DNA of 63,692 bases, filler included, from Globobulimina sp. (GCA_003354225.1; 55 parts of 55 records of this genome joined end to end with filler, not necessarily neighbours in it), one strand, 5' to 3'; shown: positions 46,409 through 59,056, counted from the whole stretch's first letter. Program-made: numbers and translations. Notes: generated by a model not told the origin, from the letters alone.

Positions 46409-47466
46409 TTACGAGTATTCAAATTATTTCATAGTTTAACTAAAAAATTTACAATCAAACAAGCAATTGTTGGCATAAAATTATTCAAAATCTTGGGTGC
46501 CATTCTGTTGACTGCTCACTACTTCGCATGTATTTGGTTTTATGTTGGTATGTCTCATTTTGATGACAATTCTTCAAATTGGATCGAAGAATCCGGTCTA
46601 AATTTGGATGATGGCGTATTTGCACAATACAGCTTTGCGTGGTACTGGGCCATAGTCACACTGTTCACCACCGGTTATGGCGACATCACTGCTTATAATT
46701 CAACAGAGCAATGGGTGTGCTCCATCTGTATATTAATTGGATCTATTTTCTTTGGTATGTACTGTTATAACGTTGTTTGTGTGCAATTTGAGAACATTCT
46801 AATCCAACAGTGTCAGCGTCAGCGTTTTTGTTTTTGTGTATTTTCAGCATATTTCATTGGTACGTTGACAGCTCTCGTGGCTGAAGGTGACAGAGTGCGG
46901 AGTTATGAAATACAAAAAATTGAAGACGCGCAGGCATTTTGTGAGCATCATAAATTTGGTCCGGAGTTGACGCGCAAAGTATTGACTCATATCAGATATT
47001 TCTGTCATTATAATTTCATATTAGATCAAGATGAGATTGTTGCATCGCTGCCGCCTTTTTTGCAAAAAGAAGTAAATTCGCATATTTCACATAATCAGCT
47101 AAACCTCAATGAACTGGATCTATTTCGAGATTTGCCGAACGAAGTAATCGGTCAAATTGCTTTGACAATGAATTGTATTTCATGCAATATTGGACAATAT
47201 TTGTATAAGCGGGGCTATATCGCACAATGTATTTATTTGCAAAGAACTGGCTCTGCCAAACTCAAGTATGGCGATCGAAACTATCGGATGTTAAAAAGGG
47301 GCGATATCGTCGGAGAAGAGTCATTATTTTGCGGCAGAAGAAAGTATTCCGTAATTTGTACGACATGGTCTGAGTTCTATGTGTTGCGAATTGATGAAAT
47401 AAAGCAAGTGTTTCGGATGAATTTTAAGCCAAAAAGGTTCAAAAAAGAATGGAAAAAAATACGACA
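46409..47466 (+). CDS. Cyclic-nucleotide-binding-domain K+ channel (S4 to S6, C-linker, CNBD); 93-nt intron 46755-46847
   Basis: AHYFACIW, YWAIVTLFTTGYGDI (K+ filter) and GDIVGE...RKYSV. Removing the stop-free GT-AG intron gives SIFFAYFIG. Confidence 0.93.
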
Positions 47467-47680
47467 NNNNNNNNNNNNNNNNNNNNNNNNNNNNNNNNNN
47501 NNNNNNNNNNTTAATTAATTAANNNNNNNNNNNNNNNNNNNNNNNNNNNNNNNNNNNNNNNNNNNNTGAAACGGCGTGAGCATGTCAAATTATTGAATTG
47601 GCCAGCGTATATAATACATGGTACGCATCACACAGCTCAACGTTATGAATCAAAAAAGACATTAAAAAGCAGGAGAAATT

Positions 47681-48397
47681 ATGGCTTGGGAATGCACAGA
47701 ATGTAGTGAAATAAATGAAGCAGATGATTTAATTAAATGCATTTGTGGATTTGAGCTTGATGGCGATCCTAAGGATTTTAAGCCGAAATCGAGAATATGT
47801 CATGAATGTGAAAAAAGAAATGATATAGAACAAAACTTTTGTGAAAAATGTGGATTTAACCTGAAACTGTATGCTGGCGGTTATCCCTCAGCAAACAGAA
47901 AAAGATATAAGACATTTTGGCCTAGATTTTGGGCTGGATTTATCGATGGTTTAGTGTTTCTGCCAATATCCTTCATTGATCCATGGAAATTTTCAGCAGA
48001 CTACCCAACAATTATTTACGTTCTTTGGTTTCTACTTAACAATACGGTTTGGTATTTTTATAGCGTACTGATGCATGGTAGGTACGGACAGACATTAGGT
48101 AAAATGGCATGCAAAATAAAAGTTATAGACAAGTACGAGAAACAGCCTATAACTTACCGACAAGCCTTCATGCGTGATAGTGTCATAATTGTGCTCGGCT
48201 TAATAAGCACATTTGCTTTAATGCCATTAGTATTTCGTGGAATTAATCCATATGAACAACAAACAACCATCTGGTTATTTATAGAATCTTTTATATTTCT
48301 GTTTTGGTTCTTGTTAGAAATTACTACTATGCTAACCAACAAAAAAAGAAGAGCTATTCACGATTATATAGCAAGATCAGTAGTAGTAAGAACATAA
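47681..48397 (+). CDS. Bacterial RDD-family membrane protein with N-terminal zinc ribbons (integron cassette ORF)
   Basis: AGGAG RBS at ~47671. CxxC/CxC pairs, then RFWAGFID, GQTLGK and RRAIHDYIARSVVV. Confidence 0.9.
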   Translation: MAWECTECSEINEADDLIKCICGFELDGDPKDFKPKSRICHECEKRNDIEQNFCEKCGFNLKLYAGGYPSANRKRYKTFWPRFWAGFIDGLVFLPISFIDPWKFSADYPTIIYVLWFLLNNTVWYFYSVLMHGRYGQTLGKMACKIKVIDKYEKQPITYRQAFMRDSVIIVLGLISTFALMPLVFRGINPYEQQTTIWLFIESFIFLFWFLLEITTMLTNKKRRAIHDYIARSVVVRT

Positions 48398-48400
48398 TTT

Positions 48401-48532
48401 TCATAACAAGTCAACGCACTCGAATGCATGAAAGCAGTGACTGTTTTGGCACGTAATAGTTTATAATTTGCAAATCATCTATATGCATGCATATACGCTT
48501 CTTGTCATGCATCGGTGGTTTCAGCGTTATGT
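48401..48532 (+). mobile_element. attC site (132 bp) of an integron gene cassette
   Basis: R'' TCATAAC 3 nt after the stop and R' GTTATGT. Inner arms CACTCGAATGCATGA / TCATGCATCGGTG pair with bulged bases. The upstream core GTTATGA (47642-47648) is exactly complementary to R''. Confidence 0.82.
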
Positions 48533-48565
48533 TTTATTAGCAAAGAATCTCAAGGAGATTAAACT

Positions 48566-48625
48566 ATGAAAATGGGAAAAAAAACAGACAGAAGAATAAA
48601 ATTACATAACGCCATGATCCTGCAT
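48566..48625 (+). CDS. Start of the next cassette ORF (truncated)
   Basis: AAGGAG RBS and ATG shortly after attC R'. Confidence 0.5.
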
Positions 48626-49000
48626 NNNNNNNNNNNNNNNNNNNNNNNNNNNNNNNNNNNNNNNNNNNNTTAATTAATTAANNNNNNNNNNNNNNNNNNN
48701 NNNNNNNNNNNNNNNNNNNNNNNNNAACCCAAAACAATGGCGATATTTATGCCAAGAATAGCGTAAGCTGCTATATGCCAGACCCAATCCCATTGTTCCC
48801 ACACTTCGCGTTTGGAGTTTTGTTGATCGTTTGTCATAAACCATTCAAATTGCGAAATTTCGTCAGCTGCAGATGGAAAGAACCATTCACCGTAACGTAA
48901 TTATGGATTTTGCATCTAAAATTAGAATTAGAATTAGAAAGTAAATTGACAACGCAAGAAACAAAAAGAGAGCTTCAAACAAGACAGAAATTCAACAATA

Positions 49001-49784
49001 ATGAATCACATTGAAACGTTGGAAGATAACGAATGGGTTATTCATGGTAAAGTTTATGATTTAACAAAATTCATGAAATATCATCCAGGTGGTGAATTTA
49101 TTTTGAAGACAAACAGAAGACGTGATTGTACTGAGTTATTTGAAACTTATCATTTAATGTACAAGAAACAAGATTATATTTACAACACATTAGAAACTTA
49201 TTACGTGCGTAAAGCATCAGAAAGTGAAACAAATCAATGTTATGATTGGAATGATTCAACCTATCAGAAAATGAGAGTTGATTTAAGAAACTCTGTTCAA
49301 AATTATTTTGATCAAAATGATATTAAATCAATTAAAGCAAATAATACATATTTATTGATTTATTTACTATTAATAATTTGTTCTACAATCAACATTTATT
49401 ATTATTTTAATGGTTATTGGTTTGCAGCAGTCATGATGGCAGTGTTCGGATGGATTTTGGGTTCAGAATGTGTGCATTCAGGAACACATTATTCAATTTT
49501 TAAAACTCCAAAATTAAATTTTGCATTTGCACAGGTATTTGGTTATTATCATTATTCGTCTGCATTATGGTATTTTCAACATGTAATAAGTCATCATTCA
49601 TTTACAAATATTGAAAATAAAGATATTGATTTAGACTGGCATCATCAATGGGGGCCTTTTCCAGGGGTTCATGTTGTTGATAAAGGAAAAGATCAAAAAG
49701 AATATATTCCATATTGGAGCCTGGCATATTTATCAGCAGCGTTTGGTTCCACCATTGGTCCACCAGCACTGATATTCGAAAGCA
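49001..49784 (+). CDS. Cytochrome b5-fused front-end fatty acid desaturase (truncated)
   Basis: YDLTKF..HPGG, His box 1 HSGTH and His box 2 HVISHH. Confidence 0.93.
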
Positions 49785-49886
49785 NNNNNNNNNNNNNNNN
49801 NNNNNNNNNNNNNNNNNNNNNNNNNNNNTTAATTAATTAANNNNNNNNNNNNNNNNNNNNNNNNNNNNNNNNNNNNNNNNNNNNCT

Positions 49887-50943
49887 GGCGATGCTTGTGA
49901 GGTATTCTCAAGTTCTGCAAAACGTTGGTTTTCAGGATTTGTAAACAAAATATCTCCGGAATTTATCATGGTACATTTTAGAATGAACAAAGCAGAGACT
50001 TTCAAGAAAAATATAAGAATCGCAGAGCAACGCAGATTTATTCGATTTCGCAACAATGACAACTTCGTTAGGAATGTCATCGTACGACGTGATTCGAAGA
50101 ACGATATTAATAACCTTTCGGATCCAGCCCTCGTTGATAAGAAACAAGAATTGAACGTCGTCCATAAGATCGAAGGCGAGAATAAATTCTTATTAACGCA
50201 CGAGTCAGGGCCGGATTTTACTATTTGCGAATCGGTATTATCTAAATCTATCGAGGAAATCAAAAAGAATACGTGCGATCTGAAAATATATAATGAAGAC
50301 CTTGTTATTCGCGGTTTTCTTGATGAAGGAGCCTCGATTACTATTTGCGGACTATTAGTTTTAGAGTTATTACGCAAATATATCGACAACAAAGTAAAAT
50401 CAACTATTACTGCCGGAGGATTTGACGCCGGTAACACAAAACAATTTTATTCATCATCAATAAAATTGAAAGTACCAATTGAGACAACAGAATTTAGTAT
50501 AACCACTGGAGAATCACACCCAAAGAAGACATATATTCGAGTTTGGTGTTTAAAATGTGTCCCTAAGGATTTATTAATCATTGGTAGAGATTCCAGGAAG
50601 TATCTAGGTTTGGGAACATTTGCAAAGAATGACATTAAGAAATGTCTATATTACCACGCAAGAAAACAGCTTTTTAATATTATTCCAGAGGATGAAGACG
50701 TGGACGGATATTTGGATTCGATCGAATATCGACATAAAGGCGATCCCGGCATCTATAAAATTGCCGAGAATAACGCTGTTTGTACATTAAAAACAAGATT
50801 CGCAAAGAAATCCGATGTGCTGCGAGCTTTAAATGAGTCGCATATAAGCATATCATGCATGGATTTATTTGAATTGACAGAATATGAAAAGGAGCTGAAA
50901 TACGCGGAAACCTGTCCAAGTAAATTTATTTTGGGACTTAAAA
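49887..50943 (+). mobile_element. Retroelement-type polyprotein fragment: Tudor/Agenet-like domain plus retropepsin
   Basis: Open across the whole contig. GDACEVFSSSAKRWFSGFV...MVHF...IRF, then IRGFLDEGASITI (50322-50330), ITAGGF and LLIIGRD. Confidence 0.6.
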
Positions 50944-51683
50944 NNNNNNNNNNNNNNNNNNNNNNNNNNNNNNNNNNNNNNNNNNNNTTAATTAATTAAN
51001 NNNNNNNNNNNNNNNNNNNNNNNNNNNNNNNNNNNNNNNNNNNAAAAATAAAACACACACATAAGATGGATACAGAAACCACACACAAAAGAATGTGTAA
51101 ACACAAACATACACACGACATCGCATCAAAAATTAATGAATACCATTGGCCATTGGGATGTCGCAATATATCATACATTTCATTCCATTGCGTTGCTTTA
51201 CAACATCCGATGCCGTACAAAAACAACCAGTCCAATCCAAATGAATGCCTGTGTTTTGATGGCATTGTTTAATTCTATATTCTATCCAGTGATTGTACCT
51301 ATAATAATGTGAATTCAATTGATTCACATTCGATTTATTAACTAAAATACCGCAATTGGACAATTTATTATGCATATTACCGTATGTATTAACTATAATA
51401 ATGGATTCTAAATTGGATACCTTGTTTAATTCATCTATTTTGTTCCATTGCTTTCTGTCAATGTCTGTTTCATTGATGCTAGTAGTACATACTATATGGG
51501 GCTAGGTTCTCAATTGAAACAAGACGAACACATCCTGTAAAAAAAACAAAAACTTTTTATTGAGTTAAGTACATATGTTATAAGTAAACAAAACCCATGG
51601 GAAGCTCAAAAATTTCGCTTTTCCCAAGGGGATAAAATTAAAGTAATAATTAATTATGTACATATTGGCAAATAATGTTTTTA

Positions 51684-52100
51684 TTATAATACGTCATGTT
51701 CCTCTTTTTTGTCACCGCCAGTCCCAACTGCAACTTGTTCCATTTTATAAGCAGTTCCATCACCACCGGCACTCAAAATATTTTCTTCATTGTCAAATAC
51801 TCGTTTAATATGATCATATTTTTTTGAACAACCTAAATATGTCAACCTCACTCCCATTAATATTTTAAGAACAAACGAAATAATCAATAAAAATTTTGCT
51901 CCTCCAGTCGGCGAAAAAAATCCAGATTCGGCAAACTCAAACAATATAATACAAAAAATAATAAATAACGTTACTGCAAATACAATCGACATCACAGTAC
52001 AACATCGACGAAAACTCCGTACATCTTTTAAACAATTTGGTAATTCTGGATCGAGGGCGGGTTGTATTATCCTTTTAAACCGCACGCTGTCTTTGGTCAT
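51684..52100 (-). CDS. Membrane protein C-terminus (2 TM)
   Basis: Two hydrophobic helices followed by a charged tail. Confidence 0.55.
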   Translation of the reverse strand: MTKDSVRFKRIIQPALDPELPNCLKDVRSFRRCCTVMSIVFAVTLFIIFCIILFEFAESGFFSPTGGAKFLLIISFVLKILMGVRLTYLGCSKKYDHIKRVFDNEENILSAGGDGTAYKMEQVAVGTGGDKKEEHDVL

Positions 52101-52202
52101 AANNNNNNNNNNNNNNNNNNNNNNNNNNNNNNNNNNNNNNNNNNNNTTAATTAATTAANNNNNNNNNNNNNNNNNNNNNNNNNNNNNNNNNNNNNNNNNN
52201 NN

Positions 52203-53261
52203 CCCATCACTTCGGGCGCTTTGGACACATCTTCGTAGATTTCAATCTCAGATTTACTGAATAATTTCTGTGGAGGTCGCCCTCGTCGCATAAAGGCAGA
52301 CTTGCCCCGTTGTTGTCCGTTGCGATTATTATTTTGGGAGTTCATAATGGATAATTTGCCATAATCTATCCGAGGCACCACACGCAATACAACTTTACTG
52401 CCTTGATCTAAGATGGCATAAACCTGTGCCAAATCGCCTTTGTATAATCCTCGCTGGAACCTGCACCATTGTCCACGTTTGATTTGCGGGCCCGCTGCCT
52501 TGATGGTCAGTGCATCCACCATCTCATTGCGAGGCACCAAGCGCAATTTCCATGTATTCAAACCAGATATATCCTCACATGCCTTATCACACAAATTGCA
52601 TATAATTATATACTGTCAATGTTGAAACACAACAAAAAATTAAAGCGGGGCAAGGATCAACATAAAAATGATGCAATTTGCTTGATTTTGATTGTGAAAG
52701 CAACCAAAAACACATCAGATTCACAGTTCAAACCATATCAGAAACAAAATGGACTCATTTGATGTATCCTTGCACTGCACAATAATAAGCAAAGCAGACA
52801 GACTCAACTCGTCTGACATGTATCTCCTTGAATGCTTCCACATAGAGATAGCCAGTGTTCATATCCGTAGTAAACGCAGTTTTAATGAACAGTTTCTTAG
52901 ATGGGTGGTTCAAATATTTAAAGTATTTTTTCAGTATTTCCCGCACTGCGTAGCGTTCCTTGCCAGGCAAACATGGCACTAACCACAGGTTTGGATCTTG
53001 CACCGAAGGCAAGTCCAAGCCGCCAGAATACGCAGAGCCGCCGGCATACGCAGAGGAGAGTTGTCTATTGATGGCAGATGAGGGCGCAATGGAGGATTGA
53101 CCGTAAAAAGAAGGGGCGTGGGTGGCGTGATGCGATGATTCCGCAATTGATTGATCATCATATTGGTTTGTATACGAGTGGCCGCTGGCGTATTTTTGTT
53201 GCAATCTATCTAAAATGTTTGGTTGCGACTCGTATTGACCACGATGGCGGTTCGGGATGTC
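52203..53261 (-). CDS. SPT5: Transcription elongation factor SPT5 (NGN and KOW1), intron 52583-52808
   Basis: LPSVQDPNLWLVPCLPGKER, GYLYVEA, LVPRNEMVDAL, RGLYKGDLAQV, VPRIDY and RPPQKLF. Confidence 0.95.
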
Positions 53262-53361
53262 NNNNNNNNNNNNNNNNNNNNNNNNNNNNNNNNNNNNNNN
53301 NNNNNTTAATTAATTAANNNNNNNNNNNNNNNNNNNNNNNNNNNNNNNNNNNNNNNNNNNN

Positions 53362-54144
53362 TTATTTTTTTTAACAATGGTATATTTTTTATTTGCGTTG
53401 TTATGGGCTCCACCAATTTTTTTCAGCTTGAATTTGCGTGGGTTTTCTTCCAATGTAGTCTTCCAAACTTGTGTCATGTGCGCCAACTCCCACTCCACAA
53501 TGTCGGCGTTCACTACTTTCCTCCCACCAAAAGCTAATAAGCCCTTTATATTTCCAACAGAATCGCCATCTTTGTAGACCACCAATGTTGGACAGAAACT
53601 GTCGCGATAATTGGGAATGCAATCTTGGCCTTGGATTTTCACAAATTTTATAGCTTTGAATTTGGCCGCTAACTGCTCTAAAATTTTGAGCATAATTATG
53701 GAGGCTTCCTGGCCAAATACAAAGAGACAGCAAATCACTGGCTGCTGCTGCGAGGCCTCTGTCACTTCTTTCATATAATCTGGTTTTGAGATAGCTTTGA
53801 CGCGACCAAATTTATCTAATTTTGCTTTGGCCTGTAATTCTGCCAAGCGTTTCTTTCTTAGATTGTTAAATGTCTGTGCATGCATTATCAATTTAGAGAA
53901 ATCGCAAAATCGCAAAAAACAAATGTATATCACACACGTTTTCATCAATTTCATCTTCTAATTCGGCCAAATCGTCCAATGTCTTATCTGCGTACGGGTC
54001 TTTTTGCTTTTCTTCCCACATGTTTTGTGTATCAATTTGGTCATTTGTTTTTTCTTTTTTTTGTTTTGGGATAATTTTGTGTTTTCTCAATGCGTCTGTC
54101 CATTCGGTGGTTTGTTTACCAATGTTGTATCCATCACTTGTCAT
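53362..54144 (-). CDS. PDCL3: Phosducin-like protein (PDCL3/Plp2 group), intron 53874-53937
   Basis: TEWTDALRKHKIIP, RKKRLAEL, ISKPDYMKEVTEAS, KFVKI..DCIPNY and PTLVVY. Confidence 0.92.
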
Positions 54145-54617
54145 TGTTATTGTTAGTGAAAAGTATAATAAATGACTGTTGGTCTGTTGCTGTTGCTGTT
54201 GCTGTTGACTTGGAGGATCTAAAAATAAGGGATCTGACAAAAAAGCAGTTTTTTGAAGTTTTGCTAGGAAATTATTTGATGGAGTGTCAAAGTGGGCTTA
54301 CATAAATATTGATAATATGTTTGACATGTTAAAAAAATTACGAATTGATATTGGTAGGGGAGAACTGCAAAGTATTATAAAATCATATTAAAACGTGTTT
54401 AATAAGTGCAAGTTTTATATNNNNNNNNNNNNNNNNNNNNNNNNNNNNNNNNNNNNNNNNNNNNTTAATTAATTAANNNNNNNNNNNNNNNNNNNNNNNN
54501 NNNNNNNNNNNNNNNNNNNNTTCTCATGGCTGCACAAGTGGTGAAAATAAGAAAAAGAATTTCTTCAATGGTTGCGTAGTCATCAAAGTAAAAATATAAA
54601 TTAATGTCAATTGAATT

Positions 54618-55316
54618 TTAGTTAACAGTTGAAAAATATTCCAATTTCCCCTTGGGATGCGGCTTTATCGTCTTATCTTTTTGTGATCTCCATTTTGCTG
54701 GACATACTTGGCCATTTTTCTCAAAAAATTGATATCCTTTAACTAGCCTTAAAACCTCATCAACCTACAAAAGTAACAAAAAGTGACAACATTAAGATTT
54801 AGATACAACATACGTTGCGTCCAACGGGTGGATCATTGAATGATATGTGTCGAATGACTCCATTTGGATCTTTTGAAAAGTATCAAGTGCTCACTACTGA
54901 TCACCGAAACAGATAAAAAATTATAACAAACCAATAATAAATGTGCCTCTACAAGAATGTCCTTCATCTAGTAATACACCATAATTTTTTGATAATTGAC
55001 GAGATACGTCAGCAATGAGAGGTATATTTAATTTGCCAATGCCACCTTTTTTGCGTTGTACATTGGACCATGCATAGTGTGTATATTGACTATCAACGGA
55101 TGCGCCAATAACTTTGCATCCAATTTTATTAAATTCTGCTGATTTGTCACTAAACTCACAAATTTCAGTCGGACATACAAATGTAAAATCGAGTGGATAA
55201 AAAAACAAAACAATCCAACTGCCGCGTAATGCGGATAATTTAATATTTGCAAATGTTTGGTCCGGCAGTAATGCTACACACTCGAATTCGGGGGCTTGTT
55301 TACAAAGTTGTGCCAT
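54618..55316 (-). CDS. Typical 2-Cys peroxiredoxin (AhpC/Prx1), complete, two introns
   Basis: FYPLDFTFVCPTEI; splicing gives RGTFIIDPNG...PVGRN|VDEVLRLV...GQVCPAKW...LEYFSTVN*. Confidence 0.96.
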
Positions 55317-55679
55317 TATCACACTTACTAAAAACTTCGAGTTCAGTTTAAACTTTCAATATTGCATGATTGCATGGCAACTTTTATTCAACAACGTATC
55401 AGGAAAAAGAAAAGCAAACAAAAAAAACCAACAACACATACAATCATTCCGCCGCCAATGGAAATGAGGAGAGATCATGTGTGCGATCAATTAATTGAGG
55501 TTAAAAAACAAAAACAAAAACAAAAAAAAAAAAAAGAAAAAAAAATATTAAAAAAAAAAAAAAAAACATAACAACCAAANNNNNNNNNNNNNNNNNNNNN
55601 NNNNNNNNNNNNNNNNNNNNNNNTTAATTAATTAANNNNNNNNNNNNNNNNNNNNNNNNNNNNNNNNNNNNNNNNNNNN

Positions 55680-56737
55680 ATTATGACTAACAAAATTGTC
55701 TGATTTATCTCTTCCAATCATATCCAATATCTCCTCCACATATTTCCATCCTTCCTTATAAGTTAGAGGTTGTTTGAAGTATTGAGTCAAGGCTTTCAAA
55801 CCTGCAGCATATGTATAACCAGTTGGCATTGGCCAATCACTATTTGATTTCATCGATTTCAAAATATCAATACAAGATTCAATATCTGGGACATAACTAT
55901 AACAATTCAATAAGGCACCAAACACATTCACATTCGGTGTTCGCTGTAAAACAGTAAAGCTTTGTTCAAATAACTTCTCTGCTGCCTGGATCATCGACTT
56001 ATCGCCGTCTTTTATCATCAATGCACAGCCTGTCATCATAGTGGAATATGTCACATCATCTAAACATTTCGCACCAAACTCCTTTGTCAAATAATTCATC
56101 AATTTTAGACCTGCAATAAATGCATTTTTATAGTACAGTATATTCATATTTATTAATATTATGATATCATACCTTCCTCAATTTGCTTTGATTTGGTGTA
56201 ATAATTAAGAATCGAGTTTCGTAAACCTTTTGACATCAGATACCAATTAATTGTTTCTTTATCTTTACTCATTATATTTTTTACTAATTCACGAGCTTTG
56301 CTATACTGTCTCAACGCAGTGGCAGCTTTCACTAATTCCGCATAAACATAGCCTGTTGGTTGCATATTATATTCATTTGTCATTTCGTTCAGTAAAATAT
56401 CACATTTATTTAACGATTCAACACTGAAATCGTTTTCCATGGTCAACCACATTACAACCCCATATATCCGTGGAATGAGTGTAGATTTATCTTGTTTTGC
56501 TTCTTCAAATATTTTAAAACCTTCATCGAATGCTCTTAACAATCCACACATTTTTATAGAATGTGAATATGCCATTGCTAGCTTTTGTTGTTCCACTTTT
56601 AACATTTTTGCACTACCTTTGCTTTGTACACCATCATCGTTGTCATTGTCATTGCTCATAATATGGTTTTCGTCATCAGATGATTGAGATTCTACGTCGG
56701 AGTCAGCGTCACCAACGATACTATCAAGTATTTCCAT
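55680..56737 (-). CDS. Pentatricopeptide-repeat protein (two exons, partial)
   Basis: PTGYVYAELVKA, DDVTYSTMMTG, PNVNVFGALLNCY and PTGYTYAAGLKA. Intron at ~56111-56172. Confidence 0.82.
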
Positions 56738-56952
56738 TNNNNNNNNNNNNNNNNNNNNNNNNNNNNNNNNNNNNNNNNNNNNTTAATTAATTAANNNNNN
56801 NNNNNNNNNNNNNNNNNNNNNNNNNNNNNNNNNNNNNNTTACAACCGCGGTTTTGCCGGTTAAATCAAATAGTTTGGTCAAATATTTGCTTGGGGTGGAC
56901 ATTATTGTATGTGTTTTTGCCGAAAAGTAGTGCTTTGTTTTTTTAAGTCAAT

Positions 56953-57732
56953 ATGATTTGCATTAAGCACAGTATTCGTACACTCAGACGAATATCCTGT
57001 CGCATGATGTCAACATTAGTTGTACCAACATTGGAACATCCGGAAATTTCAAACGCCAAAATATCAAAGGATGGGGACCATATGCAAGGGTACATTCATC
57101 TGAATGATGGCGAACATATTTATTTTCAATCATCTGGTTTGAGAGGATTGTATGATGCAAATGTGGACAAAGAAACAAGTGTTGTTTTGTTACACGGAAA
57201 AAAGTATAGCTCACAGACATGGCATCAAAACAAAACATTGGAGTATTTGTTGAGAAATAAATATGGGAATATTGCATTTGATATGCCTGGCTATGGAAAT
57301 TCATCTGGAAAAAGAGATGATTTTGGCGATGCGAGCATTGATTGGATTGTACAGTGTTTACATAAATTGGAATTGAAGGAAAAGATTGTATTAATAATGC
57401 CAAGTATGAGTGGATTATATGGTTTGCAATGGATGTTTGACACTCATTGTTCAAAGTATTTAAGTGGAATAATACCAATTGCACCAGCTTTTTGTGATAA
57501 ATATGAGAAGGATCTGTTTAAACAAGTTTGTATTCCAACATGTATTGTGTATGGAGAGAATGATGAGACTGGATTGCATAATGTAAGCAATGAGTATTTA
57601 ATGGAAATACCAAATTATAAAGAATTTGCGATTGAGGGAGGACCGCATGCGTGTTATTTGAAAGCCAACGCACGGGAATTTCATAAAATTGTACTTGATT
57701 TCGTTAATGAGCTTGAAAATACTAATCTTTAA
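56953..57732 (+). CDS. ABHD14B-like alpha/beta hydrolase
   Basis: VVLLHGKKYSSQTW, DMPGYGNS, PSMSG nucleophile, IVYGEND and HACY. Confidence 0.88.
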   Translation: MICIKHSIRTLRRISCRMMSTLVVPTLEHPEISNAKISKDGDHMQGYIHLNDGEHIYFQSSGLRGLYDANVDKETSVVLLHGKKYSSQTWHQNKTLEYLLRNKYGNIAFDMPGYGNSSGKRDDFGDASIDWIVQCLHKLELKEKIVLIMPSMSGLYGLQWMFDTHCSKYLSGIIPIAPAFCDKYEKDLFKQVCIPTCIVYGENDETGLHNVSNEYLMEIPNYKEFAIEGGPHACYLKANAREFHKIVLDFVNELENTNL

Positions 57733-58599
57733 CTTTTTGATTACTGAAACATGGCACTTTCTTTCTCGTGTCATGAAGAGTTATAGTTTATTCCAAGATA
57801 TTTAAATGAGAAACTCAAAGAATTTGATTATAGGATTAAAAGCACAAAAAATGAAAATGCAAGAAAACGAAAAAGAAAAATGATCAAAACTGGAAAANNN
57901 NNNNNNNNNNNNNNNNNNNNNNNNNNNNNNNNNNNNNNNNNTTAATTAATTAANNNNNNNNNNNNNNNNNNNNNNNNNNNNNNNNNNNNNNNNNNNNCAA
58001 CACATCTCCCAATAGTAATTCCTTCTTGTCAAATCTAGGAAATATATATTCCTTATCATTCGAAGATAGGAGTGGAGATTGTGCAATAATGGATTGTTTG
58101 ATGCGATGACGTGCTTGGGTGAGGTGGGATATTTGATAGGTGTCAATTTGGGGTGTGCCGAGGGGGAGGGAGAAGTCGGATTCGGTTTGATTTTGATGGG
58201 GGTGGATATTGTTGTTTGGATTGGAGTTCCGGAAGAGTTTATATTATGGAGTCACGATAATTATCGGTAATTTATCACTTGGTAATTGCTTAAGTGCTAT
58301 TGGTACAGTTTTGTATTTGATAGGTTTCATTGATTGGAGACGAGCGGTGATTCAATCAAACATAAGGGTTCAATATGCATTGACAGAGTATGACTCTGTT
58401 GACTCGACAAATAATAATAATGACAATTAGATTAATTTTATCATGATTTTGTATTTATTTACTAATTAATAATTCTTTTTGTGTTCATTTCTGTAATATG
58501 TATGATATTGTTTTTTAGGTATATCGCCACTTGAATATCCGGTGATTTTCTTGAGCTTATTTGTCAGCGAAATTTAAAGGTACGTTGTAATTTTACACC

Positions 58600-59056
58600 A
58601 TGGCTTTTGCTCAACTGGCGACCAAAATGGATGAAGACGGAAAAACCAACTCAGAGAAAGGGGAAGTTGTTCATTTTCAAGCAGGATTACGCAATCTAAA
58701 AGGATGTAATCCAATACGTATAAACTTTGATAAAAATTCATTAATGAAAGAAATGGGTGAAAATGTAAATAAAATTATTAAATTAGATAGTAACCATGCT
58801 CATGGATTACAATTTGAGAATTCCCATAATATCGATACATTGCCATATTCCTTTAAAATTAAAGTTGGAAACACAAATTGTATTGATTTTGCCAACAATT
58901 CATTTACAAGTTCATCAGATATGCGATTAATTCAATATTGGAATGATTTCTTGGACGAAGCAAAATTATCTGATCAAGAAACAAAAACCGATAACCATCA
59001 AACCGAAGGGGAAATTCGTTATGATGGTACTTTAAAAGTTCAATTAAAAGAGAATG
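58600..59056 (+). CDS. Hypothetical protein N-terminus (truncated)
   Basis: ATG in an ACCATGG context, open to the contig edge. Confidence 0.5.

Noticed and set aside
55362..55571. Lys-rich ORF
   Set aside because: It is the translation of a poly-A/low-complexity tract upstream of the peroxiredoxin.
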